A model generated the notes under the pieces. The model was not told where the DNA came from. It did no database searches and saw only the letters and a list, made by a program, of their open reading frames with translations. 64,000 nucleotides of DNA from Neodothiora populina (Eukaryota). This document shows, piece after piece, positions 1 to 11,445 of the stretch. The DNA lies in contig NW_027191411.1 in NCBI RefSeq assembly GCF_041146345.1, positions 248,001 through 312,000 on the forward strand, written 5' to 3'. Position numbers and translations under genes: made by a program. The stretch's first letter is position 1. The number at the start of each line of letters is the position of its first letter.

Positions 1-1
1 T

Positions 2-928
2 GCCAAACGCCAGATTCATGCTACCCTGCTTGCATGCGCTCTTATCCTTAACGATGAGTACACCCTCTGCAAAGCCGCTCGATGGTACGTCACCGAGTAC
101 TCGCATACTAGCTCTACCTATCAGCTTTTCGCCGCGGTGAATCGTCTTTTCGCGGGAGGCAGCAACTGGTTCAACAGTGGACCTTACCAGAAATTCATTC
201 TTCGAGCGGTCAAGGCTCTCGACTACGCTCTTTTGGATCCCGAAGGCCGCGCGCGTTATTCATTTACGGGCACCGAGCGGTCATCATATACGCACGGCGG
301 AAAGAAAGACCCTAACCAACACGGCCTCACGGAACTCGATCCAGGTGTATTAGCACTCTACGGCCACATCATGTCCGCGGCACAGTCGTTCACAAGCGCA
401 TTGAACTACTACTACCGAGTCTTTGTCCTCCGACCGGACGACCCGACCATCAACCTCTGCATGGCCATGTCATACATCCAGATGGGCATGAAGCGCCAAT
501 CCGAGAACAGGCACTGGCAGATCTACCAAGGGTTGGCGTTCCTGGATCGCTACTCCGAGTTCCGCACGCGCGGAAAGAAAGGAGACGACGATGTCGCAGT
601 CTACGAACAAGAAGTCCAATACAACCGCGCCCGAGTCTTCCATCTACTAGGCCTGACGCACCTCGCCGTCCCGGCCTACGAAAATTGTCTCGAACTCGCC
701 GACGCCGTTGCGCGCGACCGCGAACAGAGAAGTGTAGCCATCGCGGACGAAGTCATGGGCGATGACTCCATCTCAGAAAAAGAGAAAGAACGGACCCTTA
801 CAGACCTCTTGAAAGTCCAACAAGAAGAGTTCACGCAAGAGGCCGCTTTCGCTCTCGTTAGTATTTTCAACCTCGCTGATAACCCTGCTGCGGCGAGGAG
901 GGTTACAGAGAGGTGGCTTGTTCTTTGA
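2..928 (+). CDS. TFC4: Transcription factor TFIIIC subunit Tfc4/Sfc4 (TPR protein), C-terminal part; gene starts upstream of the window
   Basis: The frame is open from base 2 into ORF 137..928. Typical Tfc4 C-terminal TPR motifs: LYGHI..SFTSALNYYYR, MKRQSENRHWQIYQGLAFL, EVQYNRARVFHLLGLTHLAVPAYE, EAAFAL..IF, and a WLVL end. Confidence 0.82.
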   Translation, partial: AKRQIHATLLACALILNDEYTLCKAARWYVTEYSHTSSTYQLFAAVNRLFAGGSNWFNSGPYQKFILRAVKALDYALLDPEGRARYSFTGTERSSYTHGGKKDPNQHGLTELDPGVLALYGHIMSAAQSFTSALNYYYRVFVLRPDDPTINLCMAMSYIQMGMKRQSENRHWQIYQGLAFLDRYSEFRTRGKKGDDDVAVYEQEVQYNRARVFHLLGLTHLAVPAYENCLELADAVARDREQRSVAIADEVMGDDSISEKEKERTLTDLLKVQQEEFTQEAAFALVSIFNLADNPAAARRVTERWLVL

Positions 929-1755
929 TATGTGCCGTCTGGGAAGATCAGGGTTGTCGGCCGAGTCTCCTTTCTTAGCTCGGTACATGTAACACCATGT
1001 TTTATCTGTCTTGCAGTACAATTAGCGTATATACCCCTCCACAATTCCATTCTTAAACTCCTTCAAAGACGTTGGACATATACTATGACTTTGTTTTTAT
1101 TTTGCATATACCCGACGATTTCGTCCGTGGCCAGACAGGGACGTTGTTTTTGAGCCTGTAACACGTACCTCTTTTGCCTTGGACTTGTCCACTGGTTCTC
1201 TTGGTGTAGTAAGACGATTATTTGTTTGTTTCCTTGTACTCGACTATTTGTCCTCGGCAAGATAAAACGGAGACAAATGATTGGAGATCGTGCTCGAGAT
1301 GACTGACAGATGAAGACAAGGAGTTGGTGGTCGACTGATGGTTATCTAGCCTCTACCTCGATGCGACAAGTCTGAACACAAAGACTGATCAGCTGAATGA
1401 ATGGACACAAGAAAAGCTCGCTTTCTACAGCGCCTGATTGAACGATCAACGAGCGCATCGATGAATCTTCAGTGTACGCAGTCAGTTTATTAGTTCTTGA
1501 CTTTCATTTTTATTGTTGTCGTCATTGTCACTATAAACTCTCCTGCCTCACCGTCCCGTGTCCCAAATCCATACTCCTTTTCCTTCTCTTCTTTCCTTTG
1601 GAAACGAAGTTCCTCAATCGTCAAACAACTCTCTCTGACTCTTTCCACCGATCCAAGTGCGCTTCACCTCAGCAGTAGTAAATAAACGTCGCGTGAAGAA
1701 GTGAGTGAAAGCGAGAAAGCAAGCGACAAGTCAAGTGAGCGCAGGCCAACCCACC

Positions 1756-4700
1756 TCACCAACCCCCCATAACCCTTCTACCACCAGCAACAACACTCCC
1801 ACCGGGCCCTCTGCTGCCAAACGACAAAACGCCTCGCAACGCCTTCCTCACAGCCCAGCCCCTCGCAAGCCTCTGCAACTCCACTGCATCTCTGTACGCC
1901 TTCTGTCGTCTGCTCTCGAGCACACCCCTCCAACGTCCTTGAAAGACAACGGCCGCGTCCTCGTATTCATTCTTCAGCTTGACAATTGTCGCGCAGTCGT
2001 GCGCGAGACGCATGCAGTTGACGCGTTTGGTGATTGTTCTGCGGGCGAGGATGACACGCCAGGCAGATTGTATTGTTCGTGCGGCTCGGTGGGAGCGCGC
2101 GAGAGGCAAGAGGCGGGAGGCGAGGAAGGCGAGGAGCGCGATGGTGGTGCTTCGGGCTGGTAGAACGGTACGGGTCGCGAAGAGGGTGGTGAAGGCCTCT
2201 GAGCAGCCTAGTGCGCGTAGAGCATCTGCTGTGGAGTTTGCGGATGGCTTTGAGATTGAGTTTCTGATGGGTGTTTTTGAAGAAAGCGTGGTGGGCAAAT
2301 ATTTGGAGTAGGCTGCTACCAGACATGACAGTGCGTCGCCGGATGCGAAGGAGGTGGTGAGGTTGTTGATAGGGATGCTGTGTGGTTCGCAGATTGCTGA
2401 GACCCATGCTTTCAGGAGCTGGCTTTGCTCGTGGGCATCGGGAATGGCACTCATACTTTCTTGATTGGCGGTGTCATCGAGGTAAAGACGAGCGTCAAAG
2501 GCGGAGTTGTCTACGGCGAAGCGTCGAGTCTCGTGCTTTAGCTCGTCCCAATCCACCAGCATTCCCATGGCCCATTTGCTGACGAGACTCCAGAGCAGGC
2601 TCAGAGTCTTCTCACGATGGCCATCTACAACATCCTCGGCGCGCGTCGAGGACACGGCGGCTTCAGTCAAACTGCCCTCGACGTCTCGAAGAGCTGACAG
2701 TGCAATCTGCACGTTGTGCAATTTCTGGGCACGACCAGCGCAAGGGAACTTCAAATGCTGAGAAAGCACATGGTTGTCATCCGCATCAGAACCGCTGAAC
2801 GTACTCGTCAAGGTCTCCCCATCGGGTAGAGACAATGTCAACGTCTGGTCTTCTCCTGTCTGCAGATCTGAGGATGGGTAGATCATCAGCTCAACAAAAC
2901 GCGTGAGCAGGACACCATTTCGAAGATCCGTTGCAATGTTATCGATGCGATAAGTGTATTCGGACAAGGGTAGCTGAAGATAGGAGACGCTGTACTCAAG
3001 ATGACCGAGTGGTCGGGTTACGTCGCCGACCCAAGGTACCAGCATACGCGTCAAGGCGTGCAAGACACTGTTGGACGATTTACGGATGGAGGATGCCTGG
3101 AAAAGGCAGCCTGATACCTTACTGGACACTTTGGCTTCGTCAAGCAGGTGGATCAGCATTAGACTGTGCAACACGGTCCTATGCCAGTACCATTCTGGTG
3201 TTCCAACGCGGAGAATGCGCTGCTCGTTGGTATCCTGGCCGTGAGACAATCTTGGCGCATCGGTCGCATCCTCATGGTGAACCAGGAATGCCAACAGAAA
3301 CCTGCGAAGCTCCCTCTCTTTGGCAGATCCTGAGACAACGCTGGAGGAGCCGAGTGCTTGCGCAACGCTAGCCGCATCTCGCGGTTTGGCCACTAAAGCG
3401 CGGCCTATAATCACCTCAGCAGCAGCCCGAAGGGCATCGAGGTCATAGGACTGCACCCAGAGATCGAGGAATTGACGACGCAGACCAACATCCCCACGCA
3501 GACGTGGAAGATCTTTGGTGTCCTTGGGCATACTCAAGGCTCCGTACATCAGAGACGCTTTAGTCCTTTTGTACAGATTGACGGTAGTCGGAGCCTGATA
3601 TAGCCTGAGCAGCTTGTTGCGCATTTTCGAGGGTTCATCGTGAGGCAAGGAAGATGTTGCATCAGCTTTTTGGAAGACGCTGTTGATAAGCTGGGTCAAC
3701 GTAACTTCTTGGTGCGTGAGCCAGTTATCCTCATATAATTCAGGCTGCACAAGATCATCGGCTAAGACTGGATATCGGGACAGATTCGGATCCGCTCGAG
3801 ACTGCACAATCGGATCCGTGCCTTTCGATGTTGCCTGATTGTGTAGAGCCGAGCGCGTATTTGCAATATGCTCGCGAAGCTTGACTGATGATGAACTCTC
3901 ACTGCTCACTCTCAAGCGAGGGTCTTTGGTCAATGGCTTCTTGATCTTGGTAGAGTCCTCCTTCGGCTCGGGTACACTGCGTTTCTTCAGCGGGTGTGCC
4001 TTGGCGTGCAAGGCCGCCTTTTGCTCTCGAAGAATCTGGGTGCGTGTTGCTGGAACTATCTTGTTGCTGGGCTGCGGAACGACCTTTGCTAGCCTAGCGC
4101 CGTCGTCCTTTCCAGGAACCACTTCTGACTTTCCTGTAATGATAGCTGCGCCAGGTGGAATGTTCTCTTTACCGTTCAGACACTTCACGTTGTCCTGTAA
4201 CACAGCATTCGGCCGAACCGGGGCCAGAGTCCGAAGCGGAGCACGTTTGGGCGCAACCGACATGTGCGGACGCTTGCAAGTACTTATTGTGTTTAGCACA
4301 TCCTGCCTGGTCGTCTTCGTGGCCAAAGGTCTCTGAGGAGGCAAGCAAATAGTATCGTCACGCAAAGTCTGGTCGTACGATCCAGGATGAATGGAGAGGA
4401 CAGTTGTGTCGTCGCTCGGAAGCCAGATAGTCCTGCGTCGGTTGTGAATGGTTGCATGGGGATTGGTCGTCGATTCTCCGTGGGTCGGGTTTCCATCTGT
4501 ACTGCATCGGCCCTCGCGAATAGTCGGACTTGGCGCATTGAAAATTGATGATTTTCGTCCAGCCACCGAAGACGAAATGGATCGATCCTCTCTGACCGTG
4601 TCCAGCTTTATTTTCTGCGGTCTTCTAGCTTTGATAGCTCCACCTCCCATCAATCTTGCACCTTGCTGTCCTGCTGGTGCAGATGGTGCGTCTTCATATA

Positions 4701-4968
4701 TACTAAGAGATTGTGCTGATGACGCGATGTTCCTCCTGGGCTTTTGTGGCAGACCCAATCTGGCATTTTTGAATTCGTCTCTCATAAGTTTCGCGATATT
4801 ACGCGTGGTGTTGTCGTTATAGTCTTCAAAAACATCGCCAATGACGTTGTCGCTGGTGTTGACGCTAGCTGCTGGGTTGTGTTTATCTGTAAACACAGGC
4901 GGAGAAAATATTGATGTGTGTCGAGCGAGTGCTGGGGGGCACGGCGTCCCTTGTTCTTGTTTCCACAT
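1756..4968 (-). CDS. ASPM/abnormal-spindle-like calmodulin-binding protein (fungal Sha1-type; CH domains + IQ motifs)
   Basis: Intronless 1070-aa ORF. CH-domain motifs NIATDLRNGVLLTRFVE, AQKLHNVQIALSAL, DVVDGHREKTLSLLWSL and LTTSFASG. C-terminal IQ-like motifs IQSAWR, FQGRWRG and LQRLARG. Confidence 0.82.
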   Translation of the reverse strand: MWKQEQGTPCPPALARHTSIFSPPVFTDKHNPAASVNTSDNVIGDVFEDYNDNTTRNIAKLMRDEFKNARLGLPQKPRRNIASSAQSLSIYEDAPSAPAGQQGARLMGGGAIKARRPQKIKLDTVREDRSISSSVAGRKSSIFNAPSPTIREGRCSTDGNPTHGESTTNPHATIHNRRRTIWLPSDDTTVLSIHPGSYDQTLRDDTICLPPQRPLATKTTRQDVLNTISTCKRPHMSVAPKRAPLRTLAPVRPNAVLQDNVKCLNGKENIPPGAAIITGKSEVVPGKDDGARLAKVVPQPSNKIVPATRTQILREQKAALHAKAHPLKKRSVPEPKEDSTKIKKPLTKDPRLRVSSESSSSVKLREHIANTRSALHNQATSKGTDPIVQSRADPNLSRYPVLADDLVQPELYEDNWLTHQEVTLTQLINSVFQKADATSSLPHDEPSKMRNKLLRLYQAPTTVNLYKRTKASLMYGALSMPKDTKDLPRLRGDVGLRRQFLDLWVQSYDLDALRAAAEVIIGRALVAKPRDAASVAQALGSSSVVSGSAKERELRRFLLAFLVHHEDATDAPRLSHGQDTNEQRILRVGTPEWYWHRTVLHSLMLIHLLDEAKVSSKVSGCLFQASSIRKSSNSVLHALTRMLVPWVGDVTRPLGHLEYSVSYLQLPLSEYTYRIDNIATDLRNGVLLTRFVELMIYPSSDLQTGEDQTLTLSLPDGETLTSTFSGSDADDNHVLSQHLKFPCAGRAQKLHNVQIALSALRDVEGSLTEAAVSSTRAEDVVDGHREKTLSLLWSLVSKWAMGMLVDWDELKHETRRFAVDNSAFDARLYLDDTANQESMSAIPDAHEQSQLLKAWVSAICEPHSIPINNLTTSFASGDALSCLVAAYSKYLPTTLSSKTPIRNSISKPSANSTADALRALGCSEAFTTLFATRTVLPARSTTIALLAFLASRLLPLARSHRAARTIQSAWRVILARRTITKRVNCMRLAHDCATIVKLKNEYEDAAVVFQGRWRGVLESRRQKAYRDAVELQRLARGWAVRKALRGVLSFGSRGPGGSVVAGGRRVMGGW

Positions 4969-5935
4969 TCTTATGCTATTGTTCCTGCAACAATGATGGT
5001 ATGGAATATCAGTCGTTAGGTGTTCTTAGGTCTCAGATCCAAGAGGTGTGTGATGCATTCTTGGTTCCGGACGTGCTTGGTTGCGTGCAGGGGAAATTTG
5101 GGGGTTTCGTATACGGCCTTATTAGGTAAATGATCGACGCCCGTTGTCTGGGGAAGCCTGACTGACAACAACACGCTCCTGTGCCTAGTGAGACAATAGT
5201 TGTTATGCAACTCTATCAAACCAATCTCACCAATCACACAAATATACGTACGGTAGCTTGACTCTACATGATCTATAGGGGATGACATACGGTACACCTC
5301 AACCTCCAGCCAGGAAGCTACTCCGCGGTGTAGTCTGCCACCCAGCCATACTGGAGCTGTCTTTCCCGCCACCGCGGAGCGCATTAGCTGATCGACTTGT
5401 GAAGTTAATAGTCCCTACATGGTATTGAGCCAGCACTCGGGCAATTCCTCGAAAATTGTATAGACAAGTAGACGCCCAATATATGACCAAAATATATTCG
5501 TGCCTCCGCGAAGTGACGAGATCTCCTATAATCGCTCGCCAAGCGCCGATCTGATACTGATGCGCTCAAGTAGGAGCCTGAAGAAGAATGCGTGTTGACC
5601 CACGTAGCCCTGACCAGATACACTCGAGATTCTGCGAGGTCATATAAATGATACTCGCGGCGATGCACTTAGGTAGACCGGTTGATGGTGTTGAGCTGCC
5701 TGAGAATATATCATTGGAGCGGAATAACAGTATGCACCATTGACCTTCTTATCTGTTTCACGTTGATGGCTACCATGCAGTATCTCAGAGCGCTTATCAC
5801 CACGATCGAATCCTGTTCACCTTGTAGCCGCAGTGCATACTGTCGTGTATATAGACCAAGCCTTGATGGAAATGAAGATGAAATCCGAGAGATCTCGTCT
5901 GCTCGACGCATCGCCTTGTTTCGTAGAACTTCTCA

Positions 5936-7302
5936 ATGAGCAATACATCGGCTGCCACGAATGGATCGCAGGCTCTTTTGGGCTGGACGCCCGAGTCACC
6001 AGGGCGTGGAACATGGTCCATACTTACCTCGTGTCTCTTTACCATATTCATTTGTACATGGACAGTCATACATCCACGAATCCACAACGAACACCGCCTC
6101 TTCCAACTACACAAGCTTGCACAACTGACCAAGGCCATCCTGGCTCCTGAGATGGTGTGTCTGGAGTCGTTACAAGAATGGGTGCAAGCAAGGAAGATGG
6201 TGAAGCGTACTTCTAATGCCACTGCCAACGGGCTGAAGATGGTTCACGCCTTTTATATCGGCATGATGGGCATTAGATATCGTACAGAGCATGGTCACAG
6301 AGTGCTTTGGCCTAGCCATTACGCTTGGCTGCTCAACAACGGTCTCACAGACTGGTCAGAATCAGATGCCTGGGGATTCTCAGAGCAGTCAATACGGGAC
6401 AAGAACAAGGCTGATGGTGTAATCAAGCTTGGTGCACTTTGTCAAGTCACTTGGTTTGTCGTCGAATGTATTACCCGGGCTGCGCATCATCTCCCAATAA
6501 GTCCGCTGGAAACGATGACACTGGCATACATTTCGTGGTCTTTGTTACATATCTCTTTTGGTGGCTTAAGCCAAAGGACATCGCCACCGCCGCTTTTGTC
6601 GATCTCCCACCCACGACAGAGGAACAACGTCAAGTATTCGAATCGCTGGCGATGGAAGATAACTACGATATCGATGATCGCACCCTGCCAAAGTCACGCA
6701 GTATAGCCTGGTATCTTGTTAGTCGTGACTGCCGAGATGATGAAGTTTTGGTCATGGGTCATGATCAGGCACAAGCCCTCAGGGTTAAGATGGCGACGGC
6801 GGAGACTGCTGAGAGAGTCTCTGTTGATTATTGCAGCAGGGTGAGCACACATTCAAGCTATCACACCGTACCTTTGGCCATAGATGGTCGCACAGGGACC
6901 ACCATGACGAGTCGCAGCCGAGCAAAAGATCGCAAAGTCATCACCGAGTGGGATGATGCACTCTACATGACCAAAGCATGGCCGATAGTGTGTTTGATAG
7001 GCGCAGCCTTTGGTGCCTTTCATCTGATCTCATGGGATTCGACTTTCCCTACGACTGTTGAGAGCTGGATGTGGCGTGTGAGCGCCTTAACCTCTGTGGC
7101 GACATCCATACTGTGCATGCAGTTCAAAACCGTCACGCTTGAGTGGGATGGGCCTTTGACGCTTGTACGTATTGGAAGTCCAATACTCTATCTTATATCG
7201 AGATTCATCATGATGGTCGAGGTATTCACAGCTCTTAGAGCGATGCCAGCTCGTACGTATGACACGTACGAGGTGTCGAACTACTTTTTCCGCTTTTCGT
7301 GA
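5936..7302 (+). pseudogene. Fungal multi-pass membrane protein of unknown function, split by a 1-bp frameshift near 6531 (pseudogene or sequence error)
   Basis: ORF 5936..6706 (GWTPESPGRGTWSILTSCLFT..., DKNKADG..K..ALCQVTWF, LETMTLAYI) continues in ORF 6439..7302 (VTYLFWWLKPKDI, FGAFHLISWDSTFPT..E..MWR, LYLISRF). Adding one T at 6531-6533 joins them. No intron signals there. Confidence 0.6.
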
Positions 7303-7661
7303 CAGACGCAAGTCCTGCGGCTCGACTTCCGGCATGGATAGGCGCCGGCTTTCCGAATAAATAGGTATGTTTATATGTAGAAGTCGCATGCAACGTTATT
7401 GCTGAAGGTCCGTGCTTTGACTCTCACTCGTTTCAAATGGAGCAGCTAAGCGCCCGCATACTGAGCAATTAATCTACTGTATGTGGGGGCCGTACTCCGT
7501 CGTGAAGCAATGAGCGTCGTGTCGCTGCATGGTTGATCATATCTGAAGGCTTCGGCCTGGCATTGATAAGGATGCAGCCATCCTTGTAAGAAATCTGTGG
7601 ACCTGGTAGATATCTTGACACGAATAGCAAAGGCATTCCCTTCTTTTCAATCGTGTCAATC

Positions 7662-8868
7662 ATGGCCTGGTTCCATGTCTCATCGCTGCTTAGGATTGGC
7701 GTGCTATCCCTCGCTCTTCCCACAGGACTATACTTCGCCATACTTGGGCTGTTGATAGCATCACCAGTTGTGCAGAACCATGTCTTCTATGTTCATCGCG
7801 TCACTCACGCAATTTGATCTGAATATACCTGAGATGTTTGGATTCATGCCTAAGCAAGTCAGGTCTTTCTTCATCGACACATCGGATGGCGAAAGACTTC
7901 ACTGTTGGCATGTCCTGCCTCTAGGACTCTAGAAGCGCAAACAGGACGAGCTTCTATCCTCTGATGTGGACATGAGATCAATTGCACAAGACGGCGACAA
8001 GCATTTGAAATCACTCCGAGACGACCCGGAGGCGAGACTTGTCATCTACCTTCACGGTACATCTGGCACCATCGGCTCCGGCTGGCGACCACCGAGCTAT
8101 CGAGCACTCTCAGCCAGCTCTCCGGAGAAAATTCATGTACTGGCAGTCGAATTTCGTGGATATGGCATGAGCAGTGGCACTCCATCAGAGGCGGGGCTAT
8201 TGCAAGATGGCATCGCAGCGGTCGACTGGGCGATGAACGTCGCTGGCATGCCACCATCGCGAATATTGATTTTCGGCCAATCACTAGGGACCGCGGTAGG
8301 CATATCGCTGACGAGCCATTTCGCATGTCAATCGCCGCCAGCAGAGTTCGCTGGGATCGTGCTCGTCGCGTCCTTTACAGATGTGGCGACGCTGACGGGT
8401 ACATACCGTATAGGAGGTGTGGTGCCTGTCCTATCGCCTCTGAAGACGTTTCCGCGGTTCTTTGCGTGGTTCACGGGATTTCTGAAAAGCACGTGGCTAA
8501 GCAAAGACCGCATCGCCACGTATATAAGAGCTGCAGAAGCGAATGGACGTTCGAATTATCGGGTGACTATGATCCATGCCGAGGACGACACAGATATACC
8601 AGTCAAACACACCCGAGAGCTTTTCTGGCACGCTGCGAATGCGACATCGCCCGAGAAGTTGTCCTATGAGGTTTTTGAGGACAAGATTGAGTCTCTTTAA
8701 ACCAAGCTAGGGTCAGCAGGGTCCGTGACAGATTGGCGGACGGGAAATGGCTTTATCAGAGAGATAATAATGAAGTACGGGACACATGACAAGATCATGG
8801 CATATCCTATCACGAGTCTGGCGATATTGGAGACTTTTCAAGCAGCGGATGCTGGGTTTGAAGCTTGA
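7662..8868 (+). pseudogene. ABHD12-like alpha/beta hydrolase (monoacylglycerol lipase-like), disrupted
   Basis: ATG at 7662 with an N-terminal TM segment. Frameshift at ~7806-7815; in-frame TAG at 7930-7932 (HVLPLGL*KRK). Core motifs YLHGTSG, FRGYG.SSG.PSE.GL, GQSLG and HAEDD. In-frame TAA at 8698-8700, after which homology continues (KYGTHD, likely catalytic His) to TGA 8866-8868. Confidence 0.75.
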
Positions 8869-9542
8869 GGCTAGGTGGACAGGGTCCGTCTTAGTGAAAG
8901 CTGGCTAGACTGTTTTATACTTGGACATAAAGATGCAGTGATATGGTGCAGGCGTTTTTCTTATGCATAGTAAGTAGAGGTACAGTAGATGGTTATAGAG
9001 GGGGTGGAGACTTGAATTTAATCACACAGTCAAGAGAGAGAGGTGAGAGAGAGGTGAGAGAGGTGAGAGAGATTCGATAAAGAGAAGTTCCCTGATTCCA
9101 GAAAGCCCCAAGGCTATGAATCCACGATGATGAATATGAACATGAACACGAACATGAGAACGACACCACTATAGTGCTCTATTCGAAGAAAAGATGATGT
9201 CTTATAGAATGTTTGATAGTTTTGAGAGGGGATAGAATATATATAATGCATACTCATATAGACGAACCCAGCAATTCCTCATATTGCTGAGCTTGTTTTT
9301 TCTGCTCTTTGAAGTGTTTTGTTCGCGCCTTCCCTTTATAGGTGGCCCAAGTCCGTTACCCCTTTTTCCCACTTTCTCTCTTCTCAAATCGAAAATATGA
9401 AATCTAAAAATGCAAAAACAAGGAGAAAGACATTACACGTGCGCCATCATTCCAAAAAAAAAATCAAGGTATCGGACCAAGGGTCATAAAGTCGAAAAAG
9501 CGATCAGAATATTGCTTAAGCAGTGATGTTATTGTCCAGCAT

Positions 9543-11325
9543 CTACTGCTTGGCGTTGTTTCTGGCCGAGGCGGCAGCGGTAAGCTTGAGTGCCTGGGGA
9601 GCATCCTCCTTGGGCATGTAGAGCTCGACAAACTGTGGAACCAAAAGTCAGTAATGTCCTGCTAGCGGAGGATAGTACACGAAAACATACCTGGATGTAG
9701 GGAGCTGCGCAGAAGTTCTCGTCGGCGAACAGGTCGTCGACTTCCTTTCTTGTGTAGACTTGGTAGGTCTTGTACTCTCCCTCCTTGGCACCGAAGGTGG
9801 GGATGAGGTCCTTGTACTTCCACTCCTGCACGTCGTTGTACTCGGCCTCCATACCGTGGATGTATCTCTCAATGGTGTATCCGTCGTTGCAAATAACGAA
9901 GATGATGGGGTTGAGCTTGTTACGGATCATGGTCGACACCTCCTGGGCGGTCAATTGGAAAGAACCGTCACCAGTGACGAGGATAGTGCGGCGCTTCTGG
10001 CCCTTCTCACCCATCTGCTTGGCGGCGAGAGCTGCACCCTGGGCGGAACCAGTGGCGTAACCAATGGATCCCCAAAGCACCTGAGCGATGGCAGTGACGT
10101 GTGCGGGGAATCTGGTCTCCCAGATACCAAAGTTGGCGGTACCGGTCTCGGTGACGATGATGTCGTGCTCCTGGAGCCACTGGCCGAGACGAGGCCAGAA
10201 CCATGCCTGCTCAATGACCTGGCTGTCGCCGTACTTGGGTGTGACGTTGGCAGGGGTGGGGCCGGACTGGATGTTGAGCTTGCCCATTCTCTCGGTAACC
10301 TTCCTCAACACACCGTGCATTCTGATGTTGGGGTATTCTGAGTAACGAACGCGGACGTAGTCGCTGTGGAAGTCGATGGTGTTAAGCTGGCTGATTTGGT
10401 AGGTGAAGCCGGCGGTGTTGAAGTCGGACTTGATGGCACCGATGGAGAGGACGAGGTCACTCTTCTCGACTCTCTCGCGGACACCGTCGTTGGAACCATC
10501 ACCAGCGTAGACACCACCGTATGTGGGGAGGGTCTCGTTGATGGCACTCTTGCCCATGGGGGCAACGAAGCAGGGGATTCCAGACTTCTCAATCAGGGCG
10601 TGGGTCTCCTCGAGAGCGCGGTGGCGGATGGCGCAGGCATCGACGAGGATGACGGGGTTCTTGGCAGCCTCGAGAGACTTGAGGATAACGTTGACAACGT
10701 AGTCTTCCTTCTCGGGGTCGTTCTCGGGAGAGCTGAGATCAATGGGGGTGTTGAGTCTGTCACCCTCGATCTTCTTCTGGACCATGTCGGTGGGGAGACC
10801 GATGTAGACGGGGCGGGACTGGACGTAACATTGCTGGATGGCGTGGTCGATTCTCTCGGCAATGGTTGAGGGGTCGGTGAGGTCGGCGACGTAGCAGGAG
10901 ATGTTGCGGGACATGTTCTCGAAGACGTGGAAGTCACCGTTGCCGAGGGTGTGGTGAAGAAGCATGCCGTTCTTCTGGGAGATGGTTGAGGGAACACCGA
11001 CGAGGTGGACAATGGGCACAAACTCGGAGTAGGCACCGGCAACACCGTTGACGGCAGACAGCTCACCAACACCGAAGGTGGTGACAAGGGCAGAGATACC
11101 CTTGATTCTGGCATAACCATCGGCGGCGTATGCTGCGTTGAGCTCGTTGCAGTTGCCTACCCAGCTGATGCCAGCATCCTTGATGTAGTCGAGGGCGACG
11201 AGGTTGAAGTCACCGGGGACACCGTGCATTGCTTCCACGCCAACCTCGCGCAGACGGCGCATGAGGTATTCGGCGACATCGACGGGCTGCTTGAGGGAAG
11301 CAACGCGAATGTCCTGGGATGCCAT
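9543..11325 (-). CDS. PDC1: Pyruvate decarboxylase
   Basis: [24 protein letters not shown] and the TPP-binding [11 protein letters not shown]...NDGYTIER motif. Intron 9633..9690 (GTATGT..CTGAC..CAG) restores the [14 protein letters not shown]...AKQ* C-terminus. Strong codon bias. Confidence 0.95.
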
Positions 11326-11439
11326 GGTGGGGGGAAGAGGGGAGGGGGTTGATTAGTGTTGGAGGATCTATTGGATTGTTGATTTGGATGATGAGAGAGA
11401 GGAAAGAGCTTCTGGGAGCAGCAGCAGCAAGGGTAGGAG

Positions 11440-11445
11440 TTTATA
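11440..11445 (-). promoter_or_regulatory. TATA box (TATAAA) upstream of pyruvate decarboxylase
   Basis: Minus-strand TATAAA about 115 nt upstream of the ATG, followed by a pyrimidine-rich leader. Confidence 0.5.

Noticed and set aside
7930..7932. Premature TAG rescued by A-to-I editing
   Set aside because: The same gene also has a frameshift and a TAA, so simple pseudogenisation is more parsimonious.
9529..9690. 598-aa unspliced PDC ORF as a cryptic peroxisomal isoform
   Set aside because: The ORF simply reads through a canonical intron. Neither the retained-intron end (AGQ) nor the stop-readthrough end (ITA) is a PTS1.
9760..11352. Long plus-strand ORFs antisense to PDC (similar ones lie opposite KGD2, KEL3 and the G1 peptidase)
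   Set aside because: Expected shadow ORFs of strongly biased, GC3-rich codons; no recognisable motifs.
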